From: Candidatus Dormiibacterota bacterium
Lineage (GTDB): Bacteria; Chloroflexota; Dormibacteria; Aeolococcales; Aeolococcaceae
Direction: 5' to 3'
Length of the DNA stretch: 64,000 nt
NCBI GenBank assembly: GCA_963709585.1
Contig: CAVPXI010000015.1
Coordinates: forward strand, 96,001 to 160,000
This document shows, one piece after another, positions 10,097-20,668 of the stretch (its first letter is position 1; each line of letters begins with the position of its first letter). Both the position numbers and the translations under genes were made by a program. Under the pieces are notes generated by a model. It worked only from the letters and a program-made list of their open reading frames with translations. It made no database searches and was not told where the DNA came from.

Positions 10097-10423
10097 ATGA
10101 GCGTGAGCAAGTACATGATCGAGGCTTCCTACACAGTCGACGGCGTTACAGGCGTCCTCAAGGAAGGTGGATCCGGACGCCGTGCCGCGATCGAGCAACT
10201 GATCACCGCCGCGGGCGGGACCGTCGAGTCGTTCTACTTCGTGTTCGGAGAGGACGACGTGATCGTGATCGTCGACCTACCCGACAACGCGACCATGGCG
10301 GCCGTGAGTTTTTCGGTCAGCGCGGCGGGCGGCGCAACGAGCTCCGTGCGTGTCCTTCTGACGCCCGAAGAGATCGACGCCGCAGCCGGGAAGACCATCC
10401 AATACCGAGCACCTGGTCGCTAA
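10097..10423 (+). CDS. GYD domain-containing protein
   Basis: SKYMIEASYT.DG..G...GG.VESFYFVFGEDDV...LLTPEEID pattern. Confidence 0.85.
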   Translation: MSVSKYMIEASYTVDGVTGVLKEGGSGRRAAIEQLITAAGGTVESFYFVFGEDDVIVIVDLPDNATMAAVSFSVSAAGGATSSVRVLLTPEEIDAAAGKTIQYRAPGR

Positions 10424-10458
10424 CAGCAGCGGGCAGGTCAAGTCGAGCGATAACCCCG

Positions 10459-11484
10459 TCACGCCGCCCTGGACCGGCCACGATGCGCAGCCCCTCTCGC
10501 GGCAGCTCGTCGCTCCAGCCGGCGACGGTGCCTCGCGCGCAGCCTCCACCCTCCAAGTAAAGCCAGCGCCCCGCACACAACAACAATGACCCAGGGGCTG
10601 ATCACCAGCACGGTCTTGGTGCGCAGAACCTGTAGCGTGCCGGTCCCGGTCCGATCAGGAAAGCTGACGGTACCCGCCATGGTGACCAGGTCGATTGGAA
10701 ACGCGGGTTGGGCAGCGACCGCGAACCAACGTGACCTTCCAATCGGGAGAAGCGACCGACTGATTCGCTGCTGGAATGGCGATCCACTGATCGGGGCGGA
10801 GGTCGCATCGTTCTCGCCAAAGAACAGCACCGACGACGCGCCGATGTTGCGCACCGTGAGTTTGCCATCGACTTGATCGCCTACCACGAGCGCGTCGAGG
10901 TGGATGGGCCCCCAGTTGAAACCGGTGGTGGTCAGTTCCGCCGAGAGCGCCCTGACGCGAGGCCCTGGAACATCGATCGTCAAGAATGCACCGATCTGAT
11001 TGATGACCACAACCTCGCCGCTCACGGTGGGTATCGGGCTGACCAGAAAGCCGATGTAATACAGATCAGGATCGATCTGCGTGGGCATGTGAACAACGAC
11101 AGACAGGTCGACAAAGTGTTGCGCGGGTATGGTGATGTCTCCCGGCGGGAACGTCGTGTGCCTCGCCCACAGCGGGTCGGGCCTACCGCTGAAGGCGGTC
11201 GTTCCATTGTCACCCAGTGTGATCCCCTCACTCCGCACCGTGACGGTGACCGGCGACGCACCCGGATTCACGACGCGTATTGGAATCGCCGCGGTCTCCC
11301 CGGGGGTCAGCGTCAGTGGATCCGGGGGAACCGAAACCGCAATCGAGCGGAGGCCGGACGGGCCCGGGGTTGGCGAAGACCCAGCAGAGACGCCGAGTGG
11401 TACGGCGACGATGCCCGCCGCGATCGCAATGATGCCCGCCAGCCACCCCCTCCCACACCTGCGGCTCGTGTGCTACCCCACCAT
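10459..11484 (-). CDS. DUF916/WxL-interacting-like membrane-anchored secreted protein; in-frame TAG at codon 4
   Basis: Frame extends upstream of the 11271 ORF start through a signal-peptide-like stretch to ATG 11484 (TGATG overlap); Ig-like strands; C-terminal TM and Arg-rich tail. Confidence 0.6.
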
Positions 11485-12515
11485 CACGAGTAGTTGGGCG
11501 TGGCTGTGTAGGTGATGGTGTCTGTATACGTTCCAGATGCCGTCGCGTAATCGATCGCGGTCTGGTCGATGATTGCGCACGTGTTCGCAGTTGCGCCAGT
11601 GGCCGTTGTGCTCGATGCAACCACGTCCCCGGCATTCCGATACCCGGCGTACTTCGTTCCGCCTGCGAAAGCCGCGTTGACCGAGAAACCGGCGTCGCCG
11701 ACCCCCGTGCCGGTCACCGTATAACCAGTCACATCGGCAGGCGCCGCCGGCCACGCAACCGCAGTCGCCATGGATGCTGAAACCTGCGGGATCGATGGGT
11801 TTCCGGCCGATGAACTCTGTAGACCCGCCGCATTGTCGGACACCGTCAGCGTATACCCAGAGTTCGCATTGGTCAGGATCGTGATATTGCTGGTGTAGCT
11901 CTGGTCGGCCAGCGCCGGAAGACTCGGATCCATGGCCAGCTGGAAGGCTGTCGTGTCCAGAGTGAAGGTGAGGCTCTTGGCAACAACGATGGTCTTCGCG
12001 GTGTTGCTTGCGGCAAAGACCACGGCGGGCGTCGTCCCGCTGTCGATGACCGCTGGCGCCGCGGTGTTGGTCGCTATCGCGGTCGTGTAGCTGCCGGCGG
12101 CCGGGTTGGTCAGCCCCGAGAGCTCGATGAAGATCGGAATGCCCAGAGAGACGCTCGCCGCAGCGGTCACGGTATAGGTGATGACCTGTCCAACCCTCGC
12201 GACAGATCCGGCGCCGATGCCGTACGCCGTGACGATGACGGGCGCACCGCCCAGTCCCGCGCCCGACACGGTGAAGGTAACCGTCTTGATGATCCCGGTG
12301 GTCGCGGTCTTGAACGAATAGGCGTAGTTGGTCGGCGTCGCTGCAGCCTGGTTGTTCGACACCGCCCAGCTCAGGTTTGTCAGCCCCGCAGCCAACACGG
12401 ACTGGGTCGTGACCACCGCCAGTCCAACCGTGAGCATGAACGCCATCAGCAGGGAGAGCGCCCGCCCTTGGGCGCGGTGCGACTGCTGTCTTGCGACTTG
12501 TGACCTGGGTCCCAT
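11484..12515 (-). CDS. Secreted Thr/Ala-rich WxL-like surface protein
   Basis: Signal peptide ending VLA; beta-rich; C-terminal GTYTDTITYTATPNY strand. Confidence 0.7.
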   Translation of the reverse strand: MGPRSQVARQQSHRAQGRALSLLMAFMLTVGLAVVTTQSVLAAGLTNLSWAVSNNQAAATPTNYAYSFKTATTGIIKTVTFTVSGAGLGGAPVIVTAYGIGAGSVARVGQVITYTVTAAASVSLGIPIFIELSGLTNPAAGSYTTAIATNTAAPAVIDSGTTPAVVFAASNTAKTIVVAKSLTFTLDTTAFQLAMDPSLPALADQSYTSNITILTNANSGYTLTVSDNAAGLQSSSAGNPSIPQVSASMATAVAWPAAPADVTGYTVTGTGVGDAGFSVNAAFAGGTKYAGYRNAGDVVASSTTATGATANTCAIIDQTAIDYATASGTYTDTITYTATPNYS

Positions 12516-12685
12516 TTCTGGCGGAATATTGAAAGTGGGAGCCGGCGCAGAGCGGCGTGGCTGCTAGACCGTTACTCCCTCGTCATTGTCAATACGGCAC
12601 CGTCGCGTACCGACGCATAGTCGGAGAAGCTCGTGTGTGCAAGGGGCGAGGCGCCGCGCGCCCCGCCCCAGCGCATCCATGCGGG

Positions 12686-14508
12686 TTAGCTGGCGTTCAC
12701 CGCGCCGATCCATGTCCCCCAGTTGCGCCCGAACGCCGGTGCTGTGGTGGGATCGGTATTCGAGTTCGCGTATTCGCCCGCGAACCAGATGTGTCCAGCG
12801 CCATCGAATGAGGTGGCCTCGAAATCTCCCCAGCGGCACACGGTTGGTGGCGTGCCCGTCCCACAGATGGTTGGGCGATACGACGCCTCACCGGCCTTGA
12901 GCAGGTTTCCAGGGCTCGTGAAGTTCGCCTGCCCCGCCGTCCTGGAGGTGTAGCGCGCCTCCGGGAAAATCGTGTGGCCCATGCGCTCATACAGCATCAC
13001 AACGTTGCCCTGGGAATCGGGCATCAGCGCCCCAAAGCTTGCAGCCGTGTCGCCACCAAAGCCGAAGTACCCGGTGGTTGTCGAAGGGTTGCGACCACGT
13101 AGGTGGATCTGGCTCCATTCGATGGTCGGCACGACCTGCGTACCGTTGTTGAGCCCGGTCTCAAAGGCGGCGTAGATCGTGTCGTTGCGCAGCACGGGAG
13201 TTGCTGTGATCCGTAGGTCCAGGGCATCAACGCACTGGTTGCAGCTCGGCTCGTCCGCCGGCGGTGAGAAGAAGAACGGGAGTGTGTTGGGCAGGTAGGT
13301 GCCGGTGAACGTCGGGCAGGCCCTCCACGGTCGTGGGCGATTGGATTACTCATGCGCCACAGGATCAAGCCCTTGCAGGCGTCGGAGGCACTGCTGCAGA
13401 AGTTGCCATTGAGCAGGTCGGGTCCGTCGACGGTATCGACGAAGAGAGCGTCCCTACCGCCGCTGCTGTCAATCGACATCACCGGCTCCAGTGTGTCGGC
13501 GAGGAACGGACCGGTCGCACTCGTTATGCCCGGACCGCTCCCCTGGATGTTCCTGAATCCGTCAGCCGTGAAATTCGCGGTCCCGGCTTCCATCTGGCCC
13601 TTATTGGCCTCGAGGGCTTCGGCGTAGAAACCCCCCGCATTGCCGAACATATTCGCGGAGAACATGAACGCGTTACCGCTGAAGCCCACCTGCGTGTAGT
13701 CGGCCGCGAAGTTCGCTCCATCAGCCATGTCGAACTCATAAACGTTCCACGAACCGCGTGGGTCGCTGGTCTGGCTGACGGCGATGAAATACACCGACTT
13801 GAACGGGCAGTCGGGCGCGATTCCAAGGCCTCCCTCAACCTGCAGCATGGCGGCCCAGAAGCGGCCCGTCGAGGGGTCGTACAGGGCGCGCGGATCGCTC
13901 AGGAACGGTTGACTGTTGTGCGCGGTGTCGCACGGCGAAGCCCCATTGGTCACGTTTGGCACGTTGAAAAAGCGCTGCGCGGAGACCGGCCAGCCAGCTT
14001 GTACCACCCCGGTCGTGCTGAACACCTCAAACTGGGTATTGACGCCCTGGAGCACGAAGGCGGGCGATGCTCCGAGGCCCATATCGGGAGGGTTGCAGCC
14101 CTGCGCAAAGTACGAACATGTCACGCTCGAACCCTGCTGGCCGATGAAACTCGAGCTCGCCGGCGGTGTGCTGCTGCTCACGCTGGCGGTGACCAGATTC
14201 GCGCCGCGCGTGACGCCTCCGCTCGTGGCGAGCCGGGCCGAGGTGCGGTGCTTGGGCAGGAGCATCGGCAGCGTGTCTCGACTTGCGCCGAATTGGGCCA
14301 CTCGCGCCGAGGAGGCCGCCCTTTCCGCCGGCGTGACCTTGTAATGGGCGACTAGGGGCGCCACCATCGGCGACGACGTGAACGTCACCGCCGACGGACC
14401 CCCGCTCGCGTGGACAAGCCGCGGACCGACTCCAGAGCTGCCGAGTACCCCCACGACGGTGGCCGTCGCGACGGTCGCGATCGCGATCCGCCTTTTCCTG
14501 TTGGTCAT
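12686..14508 (-). CDS. Large secreted hypothetical protein (probable beta-propeller, PPD...RWGD type), frameshifted at about 13318
   Basis: MTNRKRRIAIA signal peptide after GGAGG; NPPDMGLG, SDPRALYD, AVSQTSDP..W..Y; continues in the 12686..13195 frame ending CRWGDF...WGTWIG. Confidence 0.75.
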
Positions 14509-15232
14509 GTGCCTGTCCTCCGTACCCTCGACGACGACGACGGCTGCGGCACGTTCGTGCCTGCGGCCGGGCGTGATCCTACGCCCCGCTGAGACCGCCT
14601 GTCCATTCGCGCTGACCGACGAGGACAGTCGCAGCTCCGCACCCTGCATGAGCCCAAGGACTGATCTCCGTGCAGCGGGATTGCGCGTTCGGGCAGCATG
14701 GTGCAGAGTTGCAATTCGCAACTCAGATCCGTCGTGCACCAAGCCTTGGACCGCCTCGATCAGCTACCTGCCGAAGCGATGATCCGAGTGGGATGGACGG
14801 CCGGGTCGGGATCAGAAGACGGTCTAAAGGCCCGCCCCGAAGCAGCCTTTGATAGGACGCTATCGCCGCGGGAGTCGAGAAGCCATTGGCGGTATGTGTC
14901 AAATCTGTCAGTTTCAGCGTGTACGTGGCGCCGAACGCGTCACCCACTCCACGATCTTGTCGCCGCGTATCAATGAGGTGCTTATCTCCATCGTCGCGGG
15001 GCGGGATACATCTAGTAACCAATTGAAGTAGGTGGGAGTGTTCTTGGAAGTCCGCCAATGGTGCTGGCCTGCTCTACCGATCCGGCGGCGCTTGACCGGA
15101 TCTGGCGAATCGCTTGACCACCGCTACGCGCAAGCCTAGGATTGCGTTCGACCGTCAGGACAAGGGGTTCACTGGCGAGCACCAGAGGTGCCGCACATGC
15201 AGACAAGCGACGCTGGTCGCGATGGCATCGAC

Positions 15233-17407
15233 ATGAGATGGCGTCATGGCGGCCTGCGGAAAGCAGCCCCGATCGTGTTCGGCACGGCCCTGCTGCTCGT
15301 GTCCGCGATGTGAGCTCCGCGAGGCTTTGAGCAGGCGTATGCCGCGTTCGGCGTGAACACGTCATTCGGCGCGGCCAACACGTCCTCTGGCATCACGTTG
15401 TCGGCCAAGCCGACCGCCGCCACCGGTACCGGCGACCTCCTCGTCGCGAGCATTCAGGTCCGCAACGCGACCAAACTGGCCATAGTCACCGGCATCAATG
15501 ACTCGGCCGCGAACGTGTGGGTCAGGGCGGCGCATATCACCAGCAGCCTCGACGACGCCGAGATCTGGTACGCCGCCCACGCGACCGGCCTCACCTCCAC
15601 CGAGTCGGTAACAGTGACCGTCAGCGCCGCGTCGGCGATCGCGATGACAGTGCTCGATATCGGCGGTGCGTCAGCAACCACCCTCGACGTGACCGCAACC
15701 GCGGCCGGGAGGAGCACGACACCGTCGACCGGTACCACGTCGACGACCGGGCAACCCAGCGAGATCGCCATCGCGGAGGTCGGCTGGAACACCAAGATCA
15801 CGCCCAGCGCTCAGACCGCCGGATACACCGTGACCGCCGCCGAACAGTCCACGGTCAGCAGCGACGCGACCGGCGAGCAGGCGGCGTGGAAACTGCTCAC
15901 GACGATCGGCGTGCAGCACTACACGGCGAAACTCCCGTCGACCGTGCTTTGGACCGGGGCGATCGTGACGTTCCGCCTGACGGCACCGCCGCCACCCACG
16001 CCGACGCCGACCGCAACGCCCACCGGCACACCGACAACGAGTTCGTCGTCCACGCCGACGATCAGCCCGTCGCCGTCGCCGTCGCCGTCGCCATCGCCGT
16101 CGCCGTCACCCTCACCGTCTCCTGGCAACACGCCGATCAAACACATCGTGCTCTTCTACCAGGAGAACCACAGTTTCGACAACGTGCTCGGGGCGCTCTG
16201 CGCCGCCAATACACGAGCAACGCCATGTGACGGGACCACAACCGGGACACTCCCCAGTGGAGCGACAATCGCGCTCAGCGATGCCCCTGACCTGGTCCCT
16301 GACATGGATCACAGTACTCAAGGTCAGATCACGGCCATCGCTGCCGGCAAGATGAATGGATTCGCCAACATCAGCGGCTGCAACGCACCCGCATATGCCT
16401 GCTACAGCGAGTATCAACCCAGTCAGATTCCCAACGCCTCAGCGCTCGCCACGAGCTTCACCGTCTCCGACCGAACCTTCGAGCTGTCGCCGGTGCCGAG
16501 TTGGGGAGCCCATCTGGAATTGGTCGCGCAGACCCTCGACGGCTTCCTGGGCAACAATCCCTTCTACAACACGAGCGCCTCGCCCCCGCCCATGGGCAAT
16601 GGTTGGGGATGCGACTCCAACAATGACGAGTACTGGACCGCTCCGGGTGCGACAACGCGCTCGCTGGTCCCCTCATGCGTTCCGGATCCGTCGCTCAATC
16701 CGGTGGCATACCCGAACGGCGGCGCGTACCGGCCGACCCCGGTGCAGCACGTTGACACGATCATGGACCGGCTCGACGCAGCGGGCTTGTCCTGGAAGCT
16801 TTACACCAGCGACTACGACTGGGCGATCTGTCCGACGTTTGCCGACTGCCTGGACACCAGCCAGAAACTGAACATGGTGGCGCCGAGCCAGTTCACCACA
16901 GACGCGCAGAACGGCACCCTCCCGAGCTTCTCGATTCTGCTCGCCCAGGGTGGCAATAGTGGTGCGACGTCGCAGCACAACGGCACCTCGATGGCCGTCG
17001 GCGACAATTGGATCGGGGCGGCAGTGAGTGCGGTGGAGCATGGCCCGGATTGGTCGTCGACGGCGATCTTCATCACCTGGGACGACTGCGGATGCTTCTA
17101 CGACCACGTCTCCCCGCCCATCTCGACCGAGGGCATCCGGGTGCCGATGATCATCGTCAGCCCCTACGCCAAGCCCGGATTCACCGACTCAACGAATGCC
17201 AGCTTCGCCTCTCTGCTCGCGTATACCGAGGCGACGTTCGGGCTGACCCCGCTCGGCGCCAACGATGCCACGGCGTATGACTACAGCAACGCCTTCAACT
17301 ACCAGCAGACCCCACTCGGTCCGGTGCCGATGACGCAGCAAACGATCGCACCAGCTGAACTGCAGTATATAGCCGCGCATCCGCCCAACCCGAACGATCC
17401 GACCTAA
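15233..17407 (+). CDS. Secreted phosphoesterase (phospholipase C/acid phosphatase family) with N-terminal unknown domain; in-frame TGA at 15311
   Basis: PIKHIVLFYQENHSFDN, TAIFITWDDCGCFYDHV.PP, GIRVP.II.SPYAK; signal peptide upstream in the same frame, interrupted by TGA. Confidence 0.85.
16067..16123 (+). repeat. Degenerate (CCGTCG)n hexamer repeat encoding a Pro-Ser linker
   Basis: About 9-10 copies translating as SPSPSPSP between two domains. Confidence 0.85.
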
Positions 17408-17688
17408 ACCGTCGGGTGGTGGGGAGCTCGGCAGGCTTCCGCGTCGGGGCTGCTCGAGGCAGAAGCGAGACCGCACGTCGGTTACGGCATCTTGACGGAA
17501 CGGCGGCGGGCGGCCGCAATCAGCAGATCGCCCGCGAGCAGCATTGCAGCGCCAAGAATCAGGGGTCCGGACAGCTCGGCGCTGGTGCCGTCGGAAGCTG
17601 CTGCGTTGGCGTGACACGAACGCGATAGGGCGTATTCGGACCGACCCTCATGATTCGCGGGTGTGCGCGTCCAGCGGCGTCAAGGACC

Positions 17689-20175
17689 ATGAGTTCGACG
17701 ACTGAAGGCAGCTACCGGATGATCGACGCGATCACGACGGCCCGTCGCCCGCGCGACATCATCGACGCCGTCCTGGAATGTCTGGCAGCGCATGGATTGC
17801 GAGGCTCGTATGGCGAGCTTCGGGGGGATGAAGTCGTCATCCTGGGGCTTGGCGTTCCCGATGATGACGCCGCCCGTGTCGAGGAAGTGCTCGGGGTCCC
17901 TATCGGAGCGATGCGCTTCCCGCTGGCGGCTTACCCGACGCTCGCCACCGCCGTGCAGCGGCGCACCTCGACCATCGAGACCGACTTTCCCGCGCGGATG
18001 ATTTCGATGTTTCCTCACCTCACGGGCGCGGAGCACGCGTCGGCGCGGCTGCACCTTGGGCCCGGACCTCTGCTGGCTGCGCCCATCGAGGATCGCGACG
18101 CGCTGCTCGGTGTGCTCTTCGCATGGGGTCCGTCGGTGGTGCTGCAGCGGAACCTGGTCGAGACCCTGGCCGCACTGGCGGGCTTTGCGTGGCAGCGGGT
18201 GGGTGAGCGGTTGGAGACACTGCCGGTCCCACCCGAAGCCGCGACCCGCGCGTCGAACGATCTCGCCATCAGCATCAGGGAAATCCTCGTCCCCGGGGGC
18301 ATCCGGGCAGCGCTGCAGCCGCTGGTCCGCCTCGGTGATCGCACCATGCTCGGGTACGAGGCGTTGTGCCGCTTTGCCCCGCGCCCGGGCTTGCGCAACC
18401 CTGATGAACTGTTCGCCGGCGCGGCGATGACCGGCCTGGAGCGCGAGGTCGAGGCGGCCTGCCTGGCCGCGGCATTCGCCGCCGCACCACAGGCGGCCCC
18501 GGCGACCCTCTTCGTCAATGTGGCGGTCGAAACGCTGGTCGAGGGCCGCCCTGCTGCCGACCGCCTGTCCCACCTGGCCGCAGCGTCGGGGATCTCTCCG
18601 GGCGAGGTCGTCCTCGAGGTGACTGAGCGAACTCCCGTCGACGACCTCACCCGGCTGCGCCGCGTGGTCGCGGACCTGCGCCAGCGGGGATTCCGGATTG
18701 CCATCGATGACGCCGGTGCCGGTCACGCGAGCATGCTGGTCATCGCCGAGGTCGAGCCAGAGTTCGTCAAGATCGATCGGCTCCTCATCCACGGCGTCGA
18801 CGTCAGCGCCGCCCGCCGCGCCCTGGTGGTGTCCCTACTCTCGTTCGGAGCTCACATCAACGCACGGGTCATCGCTGAGGGCATCGAGACCGAGGAAGAA
18901 CTGCAGACGCTGCTGAGCCTGGGCGTGCAATTTGGGCAGGGTTGGCTCCTCGGCCTGCCCGTGATGACCGATCCGCCCGCCGGCGCTGGTGGCGTCGTGG
19001 CGGTGACGGCCGATTGGTTCCGAGAACAGCACACCGCCCCGTTTCGGACGACTGTTGCCGAGGTGGTACCCGACCACGACGGCGACGAGGCCACGGTGCG
19101 CACAACCAGGCGCCCACGCGTGTCGCTACCGAGAGCGCTCATCAACGCAGCCACCGCGCTGCAATCCGAATACGACCCGGCCGGGATTCTCAAGGTCATC
19201 GCGGAGCAGCTCCAGACCGTGGTGCCGGTGGATGCCGTCTACATCTACGCCGCCGACGAGACCCGGAATCGCTTCGTCCCCGTCTACGCCACCGGGAGGG
19301 AGGCCGAGGCGCGAATGTCCTACGGCTACTCGATGGACCTGGGCGTGAACGGTTGGGCGCTCAAGCTCGGCGATCCGCAGAACATCAGAGATGTCAGCGC
19401 ACACCCCGCGACGATCACGATTCCAGGCACGCCCGTCGGAGCACCCGAGTCCTACCTCATCATCCCGCTTATTGCCGGGGATCGGCGACTCGGCGTCCTG
19501 GACTGCAGCCGGCTCGGGATCGACCGCTTCACCCGAAAGGATCTCGAGGCCGCAGCGCTGTTCGGGCACACTGCGGCAGCAGCCTGGCGCAATGCCGAGC
19601 TCTACCGGGAACTCAGCGAGCGCGCGATCACCGACCCTTTGACCGGTCTACTGAACAGCCGCTGGCTTCGCGAGGTCGGCGAACGCGAGCTGGCGCAGAG
19701 CGTGCGCAGTGGTCAATCGCTGGCGTTCCTGCTGCTCGACCTCGACAGGTTCAAGCAGATCAACGACAGCGGCGGTCACAGCGCCGGCGATCTCGTACTG
19801 CGCCGGGTCGGCGCTGCGCTCCGCGGCCTTATCCGGGCGGGTGACGCGGCAGTGCGGCTCGGCGGTGAGGAATTCCTGCTCCTCCTTCGCGACGCCGATG
19901 CGTCTGGGGCCGAACGGGTCGCGGCGGAATTCCGCGATCGGCTCGCTGCACTTTCGCTGCCTCGGAGCTGCCTCCCACGAACCACCCTCACCGCATCCAC
20001 AGGTATCGCCGTCCTGCCCCGCAACGGGATCGCCCTCGCCGAGTTGGTCCGGGCCGCGGATGTCGCCATGTACGAGGCAAAACGCGCCGGCGGCGACCGC
20101 TATCAGTTGAGCACGCACCGGCCGGACAACCGACGCGCGGGGCGATCCAAGACCGGCATCCAGGGAGCAGCGTAG
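17689..20175 (+). CDS. GAF-EAL-GAF-GGDEF c-di-GMP phosphodiesterase/cyclase
   Basis: YEAL, LEVTE, IDDAGAG, KIDR, AEGIE, GQG; then DPLTGL.N, DLDRFKQIND, RAGD I-site, GGEEF; exact start uncertain. Confidence 0.92.
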   Translation: MSSTTEGSYRMIDAITTARRPRDIIDAVLECLAAHGLRGSYGELRGDEVVILGLGVPDDDAARVEEVLGVPIGAMRFPLAAYPTLATAVQRRTSTIETDFPARMISMFPHLTGAEHASARLHLGPGPLLAAPIEDRDALLGVLFAWGPSVVLQRNLVETLAALAGFAWQRVGERLETLPVPPEAATRASNDLAISIREILVPGGIRAALQPLVRLGDRTMLGYEALCRFAPRPGLRNPDELFAGAAMTGLEREVEAACLAAAFAAAPQAAPATLFVNVAVETLVEGRPAADRLSHLAAASGISPGEVVLEVTERTPVDDLTRLRRVVADLRQRGFRIAIDDAGAGHASMLVIAEVEPEFVKIDRLLIHGVDVSAARRALVVSLLSFGAHINARVIAEGIETEEELQTLLSLGVQFGQGWLLGLPVMTDPPAGAGGVVAVTADWFREQHTAPFRTTVAEVVPDHDGDEATVRTTRRPRVSLPRALINAATALQSEYDPAGILKVIAEQLQTVVPVDAVYIYAADETRNRFVPVYATGREAEARMSYGYSMDLGVNGWALKLGDPQNIRDVSAHPATITIPGTPVGAPESYLIIPLIAGDRRLGVLDCSRLGIDRFTRKDLEAAALFGHTAAAAWRNAELYRELSERAITDPLTGLLNSRWLREVGERELAQSVRSGQSLAFLLLDLDRFKQINDSGGHSAGDLVLRRVGAALRGLIRAGDAAVRLGGEEFLLLLRDADASGAERVAAEFRDRLAALSLPRSCLPRTTLTASTGIAVLPRNGIALAELVRAADVAMYEAKRAGGDRYQLSTHRPDNRRAGRSKTGIQGAA

Positions 20176-20213
20176 TCGATTCCGGGCGAGTACCCTGATG
20201 GGGCGGAACCACC

Positions 20214-20564
20214 ATGCGAATCGAGAATTTCTCCTTTGGCTCCATCGACATCGACGGCCGGACCTACGCGCACGATGTGGTCATCGATCGAGGCCGGGTC
20301 AGCAAGCGCCGGAAGGGCGTCTCGAAGCGTCACCGCGACCGCTACGGACACACGCCGCTGTCCGCTGACGAGCAGATTCCCTGGAGTTGCCGGCGGTTGG
20401 TGATCGGGACCGGCGCCGCAGGTGCGCTCCCCGTGATGGAGGCGGTCAGGGCCGAAGCCCGTCGCCGCGAGATTGAGCTGGTATTGGCTCCGACCAGGCG
20501 GGCGATCGACCTGCTCGCTCATGACCCCGACGTCACCAACGCCATCCTTCACGTCACCTGCTGA
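20214..20564 (+). CDS. Mth938-like domain protein
   Basis: FSFGSI.IDG.TY.HDVVI, LVIGTG..G.L, terminal LHVTC. Confidence 0.88.
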   Translation: MRIENFSFGSIDIDGRTYAHDVVIDRGRVSKRRKGVSKRHRDRYGHTPLSADEQIPWSCRRLVIGTGAAGALPVMEAVRAEARRREIELVLAPTRRAIDLLAHDPDVTNAILHVTC

Positions 20565-20668
20565 CGATCCCGCTCGAGGCTGGCCCAGGGGTGTTGAGGA
20601 GGTAGATTGCAGTCGTGGCCACTGACTTCGACGCCCCGCTCGACCGCATGGCAACGGCCTGAATTGAG

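Noticed and set aside
9118-10560. Long Arg-rich alternative-frame and antisense ORFs (also 31563-32876, 40891-42369, 41672-43168, 59030-60310)
   Set aside because: Shadow ORFs expected from high GC; they overlap well-supported genes and lack motifs.
14700-15200. c-di-GMP or c-di-AMP riboswitch in the long intergenic region
   Set aside because: Only scattered short matches (CTGCCGAA, GGTCTAA), in the wrong order; would need an Rfam covariance search.
15311-15313. Selenocysteine or genetic-code reassignment of TGA
   Set aside because: The position is in a signal peptide, not a catalytic Cys site, and TGA terminates many genes normally in this window.
16067-16123. CRISPR-like or phase-variable repeat
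   Set aside because: In-frame degenerate hexamer encoding a Ser-Pro linker; no spacers, no cas genes.
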